A DNA stretch of 64,000 bases from an uncultured Gastranaerophilales bacterium (GCA_964017965.1 CAXHNV010000004.1:119771-183770), one strand, 5' to 3'; positions 17,919-26,835 are shown, counted from the stretch's first letter. Program-made: numbers and translations. Notes: generated by a model not told the origin, from the letters alone.

Positions 17919-17936
17919 TTTGTAACAGAATGTAAA
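17919..17936 (-). promoter_or_regulatory. HLR1-like direct repeat (minus strand reads TTTACATT-CT-GTTACAAA)
   Basis: Plus strand tt-TGTAAC-agaa-TGTAAA with 10-bp period. Perfect consensus match. Lies 82 nt upstream of the ATG at 18019. Confidence 0.45.
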
Positions 17937-18018
17937 TAAAAAATATTGCTTTAGAGCAATTTCTACAATGTTTAATACTTTTAATAATTGTAGATATAGT
18001 TAGGAAAGGTTTATAGTA

Positions 18019-19023
18019 ATGATTCAAAATACACCAAATTACCCTGCGCAACAGCCAGTTGCAAATGTAAATGGACAACAGGTACAACAAAGACCTTCAT
18101 TTGCACCAAGCTATAATGCGGTACAAATCAACTTAGATACACCGACATTAAATGCGCCGCAACCATCATATTATTATGATTATCCACAAGCACAAGGTCA
18201 ACCATATTATCCGCCTGTGCAAACCCAACCACAGCCACAGCCACAGCCTCAAGCACCTGTGAATGTACCTCAGCCACAAGCTGAACAACCACAACAACCA
18301 CAGGCACCTGCAGAAACAGCTCCTGCTCAAGCACCTGCTCCTGCAGAAACAGCTCCGGCAGCTAGCGCAGTGGATATGGAAAAAGTTTTAGCTAACTTGT
18401 CAGATCCTGATTTTGATAAACAAGCAATCCAAATGGAAGAAATTGCTAAAAAAGGTTTAACAAACGAAGCTGATGCAGTTCCTTATGTACAAGAAGACGC
18501 TTTCAAAAAATTATTTGATATAGTCAATGTAGATTCAACAAAATTAGCAGGTCCGACTGAACAACAATTACAATTACGTGAAAAAGTTGCTCAAAACGAT
18601 TTAGCAATCTATAACGCTCAACAAGCAGGCAAAGACCCTTCAACAGTTGAGTTACCAAACAAATTAACTGATGATGAAGTAGCACTTGCTAATACAATCA
18701 CACCGTTAGAACAAGCTGAAAGAAACAAAGAATACGCGTTATTCACAACAGCAGTTCTTCAAAAAACTTATGGCGATGAAATCGAAAAACGTTCAGGTAA
18801 CGTAGTTCCATTAACAGATTTACCTGGTGCTGCAGTAGTGGTTGATGAATTAAAAGAAAACCAAAACCCTGCAATTAGAATGGCAGCAGTAGACGCTTTG
18901 AGATATATTCAACGTCCTGAATACAAAAATGATTTAGCTCAAATCTACACAATCGCTCAATCAGATGCTGATGACAGTGTTGCAGCAGCAGCTACAGATG
19001 CGTTGAAAAGCCTTGAAGCTTAA
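18019..19023 (+). CDS. Pro/Gln-rich protein with C-terminal HEAT-like repeats
   Basis: N-terminal SYNAVQINL motif, then a long P/Q/A tract (QPQPQPQPQAP...). The C-terminus has NPAIRMAAVDALRYI and DDSVAAAATDALKSL, which resemble PBS-lyase-type HEAT repeats. Confidence 0.6.
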   Translation: MIQNTPNYPAQQPVANVNGQQVQQRPSFAPSYNAVQINLDTPTLNAPQPSYYYDYPQAQGQPYYPPVQTQPQPQPQPQAPVNVPQPQAEQPQQPQAPAETAPAQAPAPAETAPAASAVDMEKVLANLSDPDFDKQAIQMEEIAKKGLTNEADAVPYVQEDAFKKLFDIVNVDSTKLAGPTEQQLQLREKVAQNDLAIYNAQQAGKDPSTVELPNKLTDDEVALANTITPLEQAERNKEYALFTTAVLQKTYGDEIEKRSGNVVPLTDLPGAAVVVDELKENQNPAIRMAAVDALRYIQRPEYKNDLAQIYTIAQSDADDSVAAAATDALKSLEA

Positions 19024-19050
19024 TCAATTATAAAATCTTTCCTTTCTATA

Positions 19051-19087
19051 ACAAAACAGATTCATCCTTGAGTCTGTTTTGTTTTTG
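19051..19087 (+). terminator. Rho-independent terminator
   Basis: 12-bp stem AAAACAGATTCA/TGAGTCTGTTTT (one G-U pair) with loop TCCT, followed by GTTTTTG. Confidence 0.8.
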
Positions 19088-19102
19088 CTGTATTAATAGT
19101 AT

Positions 19103-19777
19103 ATGGATGTAAATAAATTCAAAAATCAGGTGGTTGTATCGGTTCAGGCTATGCCGGATGAGCCTTTGTACAAAGAAGATTGTATGAAAGCTATGATGCA
19201 ATCTGTTATGAACGGGGGAGCAAAAACTTTAAGAGTTGCCGGAGTTCGTGACGTTAAAGTTGCAAAATCACTCGGAGCTAATGTTATAGGGATAACAAAG
19301 CCTGAAAGACTTCCTGAGAATTGGAAGGAAGTTGTTTATATAACCCCAACTACAGTTGAAACGAAGCAACTGATTGAGGCAGGAGCTGATATTATAGCGT
19401 TTGACGGGACATCAAGACCACGTCCAAACGGTTGCAAAATTGAAGATATAATCAAACTGATAAAAGCCAACAATAAACTTGCAATGGCAGATATATCAAC
19501 TCTGGAAGAGGGTATAAACTGTAAGAATTTAGGTGTTGATATCTTATCAACCACTTTATCAGGCTATACAATGGAATCGTTGTCTGATAGTACAGAGCCT
19601 GATTATGAGTTGTTAAAAGACATTGTTAAGGAAACTGACATGCCTGTGATTTTAGAAGGCAGAATTTGGGAGCCTGACGAAGTAACCAAAGCCTTTGACT
19701 TAGGCGCTCACGCCGTTGTAATAGGCTCAGCTATCACAAGACCGCAATTGATAACAAAAAGATTTATAGAAAGATAG
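19103..19777 (+). CDS. nanE: N-acylglucosamine/mannosamine-6-phosphate 2-epimerase
   Basis: VSVQA, FDGTSRPRPNG, ILEGRIWEP and VVIGSAITRP are NanE family segments. A ROK kinase gene is directly downstream. Confidence 0.8.
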   Translation: MDVNKFKNQVVVSVQAMPDEPLYKEDCMKAMMQSVMNGGAKTLRVAGVRDVKVAKSLGANVIGITKPERLPENWKEVVYITPTTVETKQLIEAGADIIAFDGTSRPRPNGCKIEDIIKLIKANNKLAMADISTLEEGINCKNLGVDILSTTLSGYTMESLSDSTEPDYELLKDIVKETDMPVILEGRIWEPDEVTKAFDLGAHAVVIGSAITRPQLITKRFIER

Positions 19778-19784
19778 GTTTATA

Positions 19785-20657
19785 ATGAAAAAAGCGCTTG
19801 CATTCGATATTGGCGGAACAAAGATTTACAGTACAATTATTGATGAAAACGGAAATGTTATATCTGAGATTGCAAAATTTTCTACACCAAAATCTTTAGA
19901 AGAGATTAAGGCTATACTTCAAACTGAAATAGAAAAGCACGAATCTGAGGTTGATACTATTGCAATAGCAACCGCAGGAGCTGTAAATAACGAAAATACA
20001 AGAGTAATAAGTTCTACCGGCAATCTTGTAGAAAACTACAGAACACTTGAATTTCAAAAACTTTCAACAAAACCTGTATTTGTTGAAAACGATGCAAACG
20101 CTGCAGCGTGGGCTGAATATAAAATCGGAGCATCACAAAACTGTCCTAATTCTGTAATGTTAACATTAGGAACCGGTGTTGGCGGCGGAATAATCTTAAA
20201 TAACAGATTGTATAAAGGTAAATCCGGTGCTGCAGGCGAAATGCACTTTAAGATGTACCCTGATAAACGCAGAAAATGCACCTGCGGGAGCTATGATTGT
20301 TTTGAAAGCTACGCATCAGGTACAGGATTAAAAATTACTGCGGAAGAAATCTCTAAGAACCCTGATATAACAACTTATGACGTTATTGAAGGAGTAAATA
20401 AAGGCGATGAAACAATGCAAAGAATCCTTGATACGTGGCAAAACCATATTACAGAAGGTATCATCGGTCTTGCAAATATATTTGACCCTGATTGTTTTGT
20501 TTTATCAGGCTCTATGGCTGAATTTGTCGATATCGAAAAAGTTGAAAACATCGTTAATTCAGAGATTGTGACTACAGCTACAAGTATTCGTAAAGCAAGC
20601 GCAGGTAACTATTCCGGAATGATAGGTGTTTCTTTACTTGCTATAGAAAAGGTTTAA
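19785..20657 (+). CDS. ROK-family sugar kinase (NanK-like)
   Basis: DIGGTK, ENDANAAAWAE, GTGVGGG and the Cys-rich CTCGSYDCFE zinc motif. Confidence 0.8.
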   Translation: MKKALAFDIGGTKIYSTIIDENGNVISEIAKFSTPKSLEEIKAILQTEIEKHESEVDTIAIATAGAVNNENTRVISSTGNLVENYRTLEFQKLSTKPVFVENDANAAAWAEYKIGASQNCPNSVMLTLGTGVGGGIILNNRLYKGKSGAAGEMHFKMYPDKRRKCTCGSYDCFESYASGTGLKITAEEISKNPDITTYDVIEGVNKGDETMQRILDTWQNHITEGIIGLANIFDPDCFVLSGSMAEFVDIEKVENIVNSEIVTTATSIRKASAGNYSGMIGVSLLAIEKV

Positions 20658-20662
20658 ATATA

Positions 20663-20872
20663 ATGGGTAAATCAAAAAGACGAATACTTGCTAAAGGTGT
20701 ACACCAACAACTTTCTACTCTTACAAGAGAAGAAGCTGTTAAATACGTAGTAAAAAATGAAGCTATTGAAGATATCACTAATATCATCACCCTTTTTGGT
20801 TTAAAACCCGAAGAACTGCTTGAAGCAGGAATGACTTATGAGCAGATAAAAAAACTTGAAGGTTCGTTTTAA
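20663..20872 (+). CDS. Hypothetical small protein
   Basis: 69-aa ORF tightly packed between neighbours. No recognisable motif. Confidence 0.3.
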   Translation: MGKSKRRILAKGVHQQLSTLTREEAVKYVVKNEAIEDITNIITLFGLKPEELLEAGMTYEQIKKLEGSF

Positions 20873-21697
20873 ATGGTTTCAAAGCTGTTATTCTGGCTAA
20901 GATGCTCAAGAGCATATACCTTACCTATAACGTTTTTTTCGTGGCTTGTAGCTTTTTCTTACGGACTAAAACATAACGGCAATGTCTGTTTTGGGTTGTT
21001 AGCGCTTTTGGGAATTATGATTTGTCATTTAGCGACAAACCTGTTTGATGATTATATAGATTTTAAAACACTAAAAGTATCTGCTAATATTCGTAAAGAT
21101 AAATGTGATTATTTATTAGAAAAATTAGCTACTACAAAAGAAGTTCTTAGAACCGTTTGTATCTATTTGTTTATTGCAAGTATAATCGGTATTTTTTTTG
21201 TATGTGAACGAGGGATTAAGACACTTTTATTTATTACGGCAGGCGGAACAATTGTTCTTTTGTATCCGTTTTTTTCAAAGCTGAGAATGTCTGAAGTCGC
21301 AGTTGCATTAGCTTACGGACCAATATTATTTGGCGGCACATATTTCGTTATGACAGGCGATTTAAGCCTAAACAGCATACTCATATCTATCCCGTCAACA
21401 ATATTTACACTCAATATAATCTATACTGATACTCTTATAGATTACGACTCGGATAAATCAGCAGGTAAAAAAACATTTGTCGGATTATTCAGCAAACCAA
21501 TCGCAAAAAAACTGCAAACATTCCTATTAATAATCGGATATATGGCAGCTTTCAAGGTAACTACTTTTACCCTTTTGACAATACCTTTAGCTATTCAAAT
21601 AATAAAAGGTTCCGGAGGATTTATGCAAACAATGCACCGGACAATAAATTTGACAATTTGTGTATCAAGCCTGTTAGCACTTGCAATATTGTTATGA
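20873..21697 (+). CDS. UbiA-family prenyltransferase (MenA-like)
   Basis: NLFDDYIDF (NxxxDxxxD) and a second Asp-rich motif YTDTLIDYDSD, with about 8 TM spans. Confidence 0.7.
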   Translation: MVSKLLFWLRCSRAYTLPITFFSWLVAFSYGLKHNGNVCFGLLALLGIMICHLATNLFDDYIDFKTLKVSANIRKDKCDYLLEKLATTKEVLRTVCIYLFIASIIGIFFVCERGIKTLLFITAGGTIVLLYPFFSKLRMSEVAVALAYGPILFGGTYFVMTGDLSLNSILISIPSTIFTLNIIYTDTLIDYDSDKSAGKKTFVGLFSKPIAKKLQTFLLIIGYMAAFKVTTFTLLTIPLAIQIIKGSGGFMQTMHRTINLTICVSSLLALAILL

Positions 21698-21709
21698 TAT
21701 AATTGTTGT

Positions 21710-22741
21710 ATGAAACAAGCTACTATAAAAGATATGTTAGAAGAAAAAGAATACACGTATTTGCGCAAATCAGCCGCAAAAAGCCGTGAAGCGACACGTG
21801 AATTTGAATATGAAGCACCTGAATACCGTACAAATTTTCAACGTGACAGAGACAAGATACTTCATTCAAAATCATTCAGACGTCTTAAACACAAGACACA
21901 GGTATTTTTGGCACCTTTTGACGACCATTTCAGAACAAGACTAACCCATACACTTGAGGTTTCGCAGATTGCAAGAACAATTGCGCGTGCATTAAGTTTA
22001 AACGAAGACTTGGTGGAAGCGATTTCACTGGGTCACGATTTGGGTCATACACCATTTGGACACTGCGGTGAGGGTGTACTTAATGAGCTTGTATCAACCG
22101 GTTTTCACCATAATATGCAAAGTGTAAGAGTTGTAAGACATATTGAAAAAATGAATCTCTGCAACGAAACGATTGACGGGATTCTAACTCATACGTGGGG
22201 ATTTGAACCTAAAACTATGGAAGCCCAGATTGTTCAATATGCGGATAAGATTGCTTATATAAACCACGATATCGAAGACTCTATTAGAGCAGGAATAATT
22301 ACAGAAGACGATTTACCGGACGAATGTAAGTTGTATTTTTCAACAACGCCTTCTAAAAGACTTTCAAAAATGATTTCATCTATTATTGAGACTTCTTTTG
22401 ACAAAGAATATGTCAAAATGGGCGATGAATGCTGGGAACAGACAAAAATCTTGAGAGAATGGATGTTCAAAAATGTCTATGTTGATTCACCTGCAAAAAT
22501 TGAAGAAACAAAAGCACGACATATTGTTAAAACGTTGTTTGAATATTACACAAACTATTTATCTGAGTTTTGTGATGACAATCAAAGAATCGAACAGCTT
22601 GTCACTGACTATATTTCAGGGATGACAGACCAATATGCGATTGAAAAATACAAAGAAAAGTTTATCCCAAAACCTATTATTACAGGTACAAAAGATGAAA
22701 ACTTTTTAAAAATATTATATGATACAAGTAAAGAGGATTAA
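21710..22741 (+). CDS. dgt: dGTP triphosphohydrolase-like HD-domain protein
   Basis: FQRDRDKILHSKSFRRLKHKTQVF, THTLEVSQI, GHDLGHTPFGH and YADKIAYINHDIED are Dgt-family segments. Confidence 0.8.
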   Translation: MKQATIKDMLEEKEYTYLRKSAAKSREATREFEYEAPEYRTNFQRDRDKILHSKSFRRLKHKTQVFLAPFDDHFRTRLTHTLEVSQIARTIARALSLNEDLVEAISLGHDLGHTPFGHCGEGVLNELVSTGFHHNMQSVRVVRHIEKMNLCNETIDGILTHTWGFEPKTMEAQIVQYADKIAYINHDIEDSIRAGIITEDDLPDECKLYFSTTPSKRLSKMISSIIETSFDKEYVKMGDECWEQTKILREWMFKNVYVDSPAKIEETKARHIVKTLFEYYTNYLSEFCDDNQRIEQLVTDYISGMTDQYAIEKYKEKFIPKPIITGTKDENFLKILYDTSKED

Positions 22742-22744
22742 AAA

Positions 22745-23023
22745 ATGGCTAACGAACCACAATACATACAATACGCAACACACGGTACATGCTCAAAAAT
22801 GATTGGAGTAGAAATAACTGATAATATTATTACTAATATCGAATTTATTGGTGGCTGCCAAGGAAATTTAACAGGTATTTCAAAACTTGTGACCGGTATG
22901 AATGTTGATGAAGTTATTAAACGTTTAGAAGGTATTAACTGCGGCAACAGAGGTACAAGCTGCCCTGACCAATTAGCAAAATGCTTAATTGAATACAAAA
23001 ATAAACAACTTGTACAGCAATAA
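22745..23023 (+). CDS. TSCPD-domain small protein (TIGR03905-like)
   Basis: GTCSKMI, FIGGCQGN, GINCGNRGTSCPDQLA. Confidence 0.7.
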   Translation: MANEPQYIQYATHGTCSKMIGVEITDNIITNIEFIGGCQGNLTGISKLVTGMNVDEVIKRLEGINCGNRGTSCPDQLAKCLIEYKNKQLVQQ

Positions 23024-23087
23024 AACAATAGCAAAACTTATTTTTAGGGGTGTTATATAAATGTGTACACATTTATAGGAGATTTTT

Positions 23088-24260
23088 ATGTCCCCTGCAT
23101 CCGTAACTTTTTCAAGTTTTTCACAGACTATTCCGGTAAAACCTGTTGCACCTACCGTTGAAAAGAAACCTTTATCTAAAACAAATGTTTGTGCAGGTTT
23201 AGGTTTGGCTTGCTTAGCTGCTGGCGGAGTTTATATTGCAACAGGAAGAACACAAAACGTAGGAAAAGTATTTGAAAAGGTTAAAAATGCAGATTCTATT
23301 CTGGATGTTTTAAAGAATACAAAACTTTCTAAGGGTAAGTTTAAGGAGCTTTTATTTAAGATAACCGGTGAAGAAGAGGTTAGCGAAAAGTTTATTAAAG
23401 AGGTTACAGCGAACCCTAGAAAAAGCAAAGAAAATGCAGGCATTTTGAAGAAAAAAATCGGCGGTGCGGAAGAATTATTAGATTGGATGATTCAACCAAA
23501 AGGATATCAGGAAGCTTATTATAGACACGCGCATAAGGTTTACGACGGAGCTAGAAAACCCGATGATGTCATAGGAATTTCTCCAAACTGGAATATTTGG
23601 GTTATGAAAAGTAAGTTTGGAGCTGATTTTTCATTTGGGGAACTTCCAAAAGAGATTGAGAATGCTGACCGATATAGAGAAATCTTTGAAACAGGTTTGA
23701 GGAATGCTAATTCCGGAGCACAACACGGAGAGGTTGTATTTGGTGATTACATAGGAGGCGGACTTTCAGGGAAAGCTGTAAGACAATTGAGAATTGGCGA
23801 TAAACAGTACATTTTGAAGTTCCAAAACCCGACATATTGTGAGGATTTGGCAGATAATTTTTCTATGAAATCCGATTCGGCATTTTTAAATGCGCAATTA
23901 GAGCGATATCTGCAAATACATAATTACCAACAGGGACCAAAACTTAGATTTTACGATAACAAGACTCACTCTGCTTTATATGAAATGAGTGAGGGAGTTA
24001 AACCTGATACAAACGGTGTTCATGACATTGTCAGTATCAATCGTCAATTGGGAGATTTGAATGAGTTAGGCGTTTATTATAACGATTTGAACGCGGGTAA
24101 CTTTATGGTTAAGGACGGGCAATTGAGTTTCATCGATTCAGGAGAATCGAGTTATGTGGATTTCTTTAAACCGGGTGTTACGATGTTGCATTTCACGTTA
24201 CCTAATTTAAACGGCAGAGGAATCACTGATTCTGCAGCTGCAATAACTCTGGTAAAATAA
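23088..24260 (+). CDS. Membrane-anchored hypothetical protein with protein-kinase-like C-terminal region
   Basis: One TM (VCAGLGLACLAAGGVYIA). The C-terminus has YILKF, YYNDLNAGNFMV and FIDSGES, which resemble the catalytic-loop and DFG-equivalent segments of Kdo/WaaP/APH-type kinases. Confidence 0.35.
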   Translation: MSPASVTFSSFSQTIPVKPVAPTVEKKPLSKTNVCAGLGLACLAAGGVYIATGRTQNVGKVFEKVKNADSILDVLKNTKLSKGKFKELLFKITGEEEVSEKFIKEVTANPRKSKENAGILKKKIGGAEELLDWMIQPKGYQEAYYRHAHKVYDGARKPDDVIGISPNWNIWVMKSKFGADFSFGELPKEIENADRYREIFETGLRNANSGAQHGEVVFGDYIGGGLSGKAVRQLRIGDKQYILKFQNPTYCEDLADNFSMKSDSAFLNAQLERYLQIHNYQQGPKLRFYDNKTHSALYEMSEGVKPDTNGVHDIVSINRQLGDLNELGVYYNDLNAGNFMVKDGQLSFIDSGESSYVDFFKPGVTMLHFTLPNLNGRGITDSAAAITLVK

Positions 24261-24264
24261 ATAT

Positions 24265-24285
24265 TGTAAATGTAACAATTGTAAC
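24265..24285 (-). promoter_or_regulatory. Cluster of three TGTAA[AC] boxes (irregular spacing)
   Basis: TGTAAA-TGTAAC-aat-TGTAAC, about 100 nt upstream of ORF 24382. The 13-mer TTGTAACGAATTT is identical to 3411-3423. Confidence 0.3.
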
Positions 24286-24381
24286 GAATTTTATTCTCTC
24301 TGCAATTTTGCATAAAACATATCCTTTATATATACAGTAGAAAGAGTATATGATATTGAGCTGCAAAAAGGAGGATATCAA

Positions 24382-25251
24382 ATGAGTTTTGGTGAAATGT
24401 CAGTTACAGGAGCAAGTGCAGTAAACGGAGCGTATTCAGCTAACAGTACAACACGTAGTGTAAGTAGCGAAGAAGCTATGTTTGATTTTTCTGATAAAGG
24501 TGGTAACACTTCAGAAATAGCAAGCGACGGAGGAATGATTACAAGAAACCCTGATGGTTCTATAAAGAGTGTTACCTATGTAAATGAAGACGGAAGTGTT
24601 TATTCTAAGTCTGTATTTAACAGTAATACAGAAACAGTATATTATACAAATGATGAAGGCAAGTTGGCACCATTTGCAGAACACGTATATGATCCGGCAA
24701 CACAGACCGGAACAGCTACACCTTATGTAGACGGGAAGCTTGATACAAGTTATACATTGAAGTATCCAATGGATTATGATGAATCAGGCAAGCCATATTT
24801 AATAGATAAACCAATGCTGCCTGATGAACCGAAAGCAGCTGAACAGCCTTCAGCAACGCCTGCAGCACCAAAAGCATCTACGGTAACACCTTCAGAAGCT
24901 AACGCTAAGTGGGCAAATGTAAAATTTGAACAAGGTATCGGCGGCGGATATGGCAAAGAATATGACGGTTCCGGCAGGATTGCTAATAGAGTTTATACAG
25001 ATAGCGCAGGCAATGTGACTATGTATACAGAATATAGTTATAGACCTGACGGTAGCATAGATAAGACAAGAACTTATTCATTACATAACGGTGAATTCAA
25101 GTTATCTGATGAAGTTACTTATTCAGAAGATAATAAGACTGCCGTAGGACAAGGTTATTCCGTATATAGCGGTGAACCACATCCGGGTAAGATAAATTAT
25201 ACGACTGAAAAAGTCGGTAATGAACTACAACTGGTATTTAAAGCAGATTAG
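24382..25251 (+). CDS. Hypothetical protein with Tyr/Asp/Gly/Thr-rich repeats
   Basis: AGGAGGA RBS. Repeated segments like TYVNEDGSVYSKSVF / YYTNDEGK / YTDSAGNVTMYTEYSYRPDGS and a central Pro/Ala linker. No signal peptide. Confidence 0.4.
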   Translation: MSFGEMSVTGASAVNGAYSANSTTRSVSSEEAMFDFSDKGGNTSEIASDGGMITRNPDGSIKSVTYVNEDGSVYSKSVFNSNTETVYYTNDEGKLAPFAEHVYDPATQTGTATPYVDGKLDTSYTLKYPMDYDESGKPYLIDKPMLPDEPKAAEQPSATPAAPKASTVTPSEANAKWANVKFEQGIGGGYGKEYDGSGRIANRVYTDSAGNVTMYTEYSYRPDGSIDKTRTYSLHNGEFKLSDEVTYSEDNKTAVGQGYSVYSGEPHPGKINYTTEKVGNELQLVFKAD

Positions 25252-25269
25252 ACAGAATAATCAAATATC

Positions 25270-25299
25270 AAAAAGAGGTTTAGAAAGTTCTAAACCTCT
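25270..25299. terminator. Hairpin between ORF 24382..25251 and tRNA-fMet (terminator, mainly for the minus strand)
   Basis: 11-12-bp stem AGAGGTTTAGA/TCTAAACCTCT. A T-run follows only on the minus strand. Confidence 0.55.
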
Positions 25300-25306
25300 T
25301 CTCAAA

Positions 25307-25383
<77 letters not shown>

Positions 25384-25402
25384 TTAGATTGTCTGTACCT
25401 CT

Positions 25403-25430
25403 ATTATGCTCCGTAAAAATAAAAAATCAA
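25403..25430 (-). promoter_or_regulatory. Sigma-70-type promoter for tRNA-fMet
   Basis: Minus strand TTGATT, 16-nt spacer, CATAAT, ending about 20 nt upstream of the tRNA 5' end. Confidence 0.45.
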
Positions 25431-25504
25431 GTACTCTTAATTTTATGTGAATAATATTTTATAAATTATATTCGCTCATTTTATATCAAATACGGAAGTA
25501 AAAC

Positions 25505-25540
25505 TAAACCGCCCCTTATGAGCCACCGAGCTACCAAGAT
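25505..25540 (-). pseudogene. tRNA-Met-like fragment (anticodon/D-arm remnant)
   Basis: TTATGAGCCACCGAGCTACCA aligns with TTATGAGCCCGACGAGCTACCA of the intact tRNA 130 bp away. No acceptor or T arm is recognisable. Confidence 0.35.
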
Positions 25541-25594
25541 TAAAACATTAAAAAAATGTTAAAATTTGCAAGGAAAATTTAAATCTGAAATATA

Positions 25595-26416
25595 ATGAGA
25601 ATAGAGTACTTAAAGTATGAAAGGGATAAAGTGGATATTGTAACCTTAAAACTATTGCTTATCTTTGCACCAGGTTTAATAGGAATGACAATTTATAATC
25701 ATTTGGTATGCAAAGCAAAACAGTCTTTTGAGTATTTCATTGTTTACTCTATACTGTTTGGTATTGTTAGTTACGCAAGTGTAAATATCCTTGTCAAAGC
25801 AATAAATCTAATAATTAAGTATTTTCCTAAAAATCCTATACCTGTATTTGATTTTAGTCAGTTTTTTAATATTATAAAAACTTCTCAACCAGATTTTTCA
25901 GTATCACTTTTGCACTTTTGGTTAACTTGTTTGACTGCGGTCTTATTATCGCTATTTTTTACTGTTTTTATCAACAAGTGTTGGTTGTATAAGGTATTAA
26001 ATTTTCTCAAAATAAGTAACCGAGATAGTGCTTTTCAAGTCTGGAATAAAATTTTTGGTGATGAAACTAACGATAATTGGGTCATGGTTATTGATTATAA
26101 AAATAATAAAATCTACGATGGACGTTTGTATCATCATTCTGATTATTCAGAAGAAAACGAGATATTTCTTAAAGGTGTAATTATTTACGATTTGTCTACC
26201 AAAAAAGAACTAGAACGCTGTAACGGTTTATATATATCACGAGCAGACAAAGAAACTACATTAATTGTTCCGAAAGCAGATGCTTCGGATGATTTTTTAG
26301 ATAGGGAATGTTATTATTCAGATGAAAATGACATAGAAGAAATTAAGATAGAAGAAGAAAAAAGAGGAGTATTCACAACATGGCTGAAAAAGATAAAAAA
26401 GATTTTCAAAGTTTAA
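25595..26416 (+). CDS. Hypothetical multi-pass membrane protein with soluble acidic C-terminal domain
   Basis: About 4 hydrophobic spans in the first 130 aa, then WVMVIDYKNNKIYDGRLYHHS...IFLKGVIIYD (a small beta-rich domain) and an acidic tail. Very AT-rich codon usage. Confidence 0.45.
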   Translation: MRIEYLKYERDKVDIVTLKLLLIFAPGLIGMTIYNHLVCKAKQSFEYFIVYSILFGIVSYASVNILVKAINLIIKYFPKNPIPVFDFSQFFNIIKTSQPDFSVSLLHFWLTCLTAVLLSLFFTVFINKCWLYKVLNFLKISNRDSAFQVWNKIFGDETNDNWVMVIDYKNNKIYDGRLYHHSDYSEENEIFLKGVIIYDLSTKKELERCNGLYISRADKETTLIVPKADASDDFLDRECYYSDENDIEEIKIEEEKRGVFTTWLKKIKKIFKV

Positions 26417-26484
26417 ATGAGTCACAAAAACCATCTCAAAATAAGAAAACTAAACCTGCTGAAAAACCAAAAACTAATAGATAG
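26380..26484 (+). CDS. Micro-ORF 1 (34 aa, Lys/Pro-rich)
   Basis: MAEKDKKDFQSLNESQKPSQNKKTKPAEKPKTNR. AGAGGAG lies 10 nt upstream of the ATG. It overlaps the 3' end of ORF 25595..26416 in another frame. Below the size cutoff of the ORF track. Confidence 0.4.
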   Translation: MAEKDKKDFQSLNESQKPSQNKKTKPAEKPKTNR

Positions 26485-26495
26485 AAAGGAAATTT

Positions 26496-26606
26496 ATGTC
26501 AAACAAACAACAAAGTATGAAAGGAAAAACCTTAACAACTTGCCAAGATTCGCAAAAACCTGCGACAAATGTTAAAACTCAACCACCAGTTAAACCTAAA
26601 AAATAG
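26496..26606 (+). CDS. Micro-ORF 2 (36 aa, Lys/Pro-rich)
   Basis: MSNKQQSMKGKTLTTCQDSQKPATNVKTQPPVKPKK. AAAGGA RBS about 6 nt upstream. Confidence 0.4.
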   Translation: MSNKQQSMKGKTLTTCQDSQKPATNVKTQPPVKPKK

Positions 26607-26621
26607 TAGAGAGGGTATAGA

Positions 26622-26717
26622 ATGGATAAGAAAGAGTATATAGCTAGCAATTCTCAATCGCCACAAAACAAAGCAAAGAGCAACCCTCCTATTAAACCTA
26701 TTATTATAAAAAATGAG
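26622..26717 (+). CDS. Micro-ORF 3 (31 aa, Lys/Pro-rich)
   Basis: MDKKEYIASNSQSPQNKAKSNPPIKPNYYKK. GAGAGGG RBS upstream. Its stop overlaps the next ATG (ATGA). Confidence 0.35.
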
Positions 26718-26760
26718 CAAGGAAATAAACATGAACACAAAAATTAGAATAAATAATAAA

Positions 26761-26835
26761 GGAGATGAAAAAAGGTCACAGTCACCGGCAATAAAAATAA
26801 AAACTGCACCTCCAGAAAAACCAAAAACAAAATAA
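26761..26835 (+). pseudogene. Fourth copy of the Lys/Pro-rich unit, no in-frame start
   Basis: The frame encodes GDEKRSQSPAIKIKTAPPEKPKTK but opens directly after a TAA. The ATG at 26714 is in a different frame (MSKEINMNTKIRINNKEMKKGHSHRQ). Either frameshifted or decayed. Confidence 0.25.
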
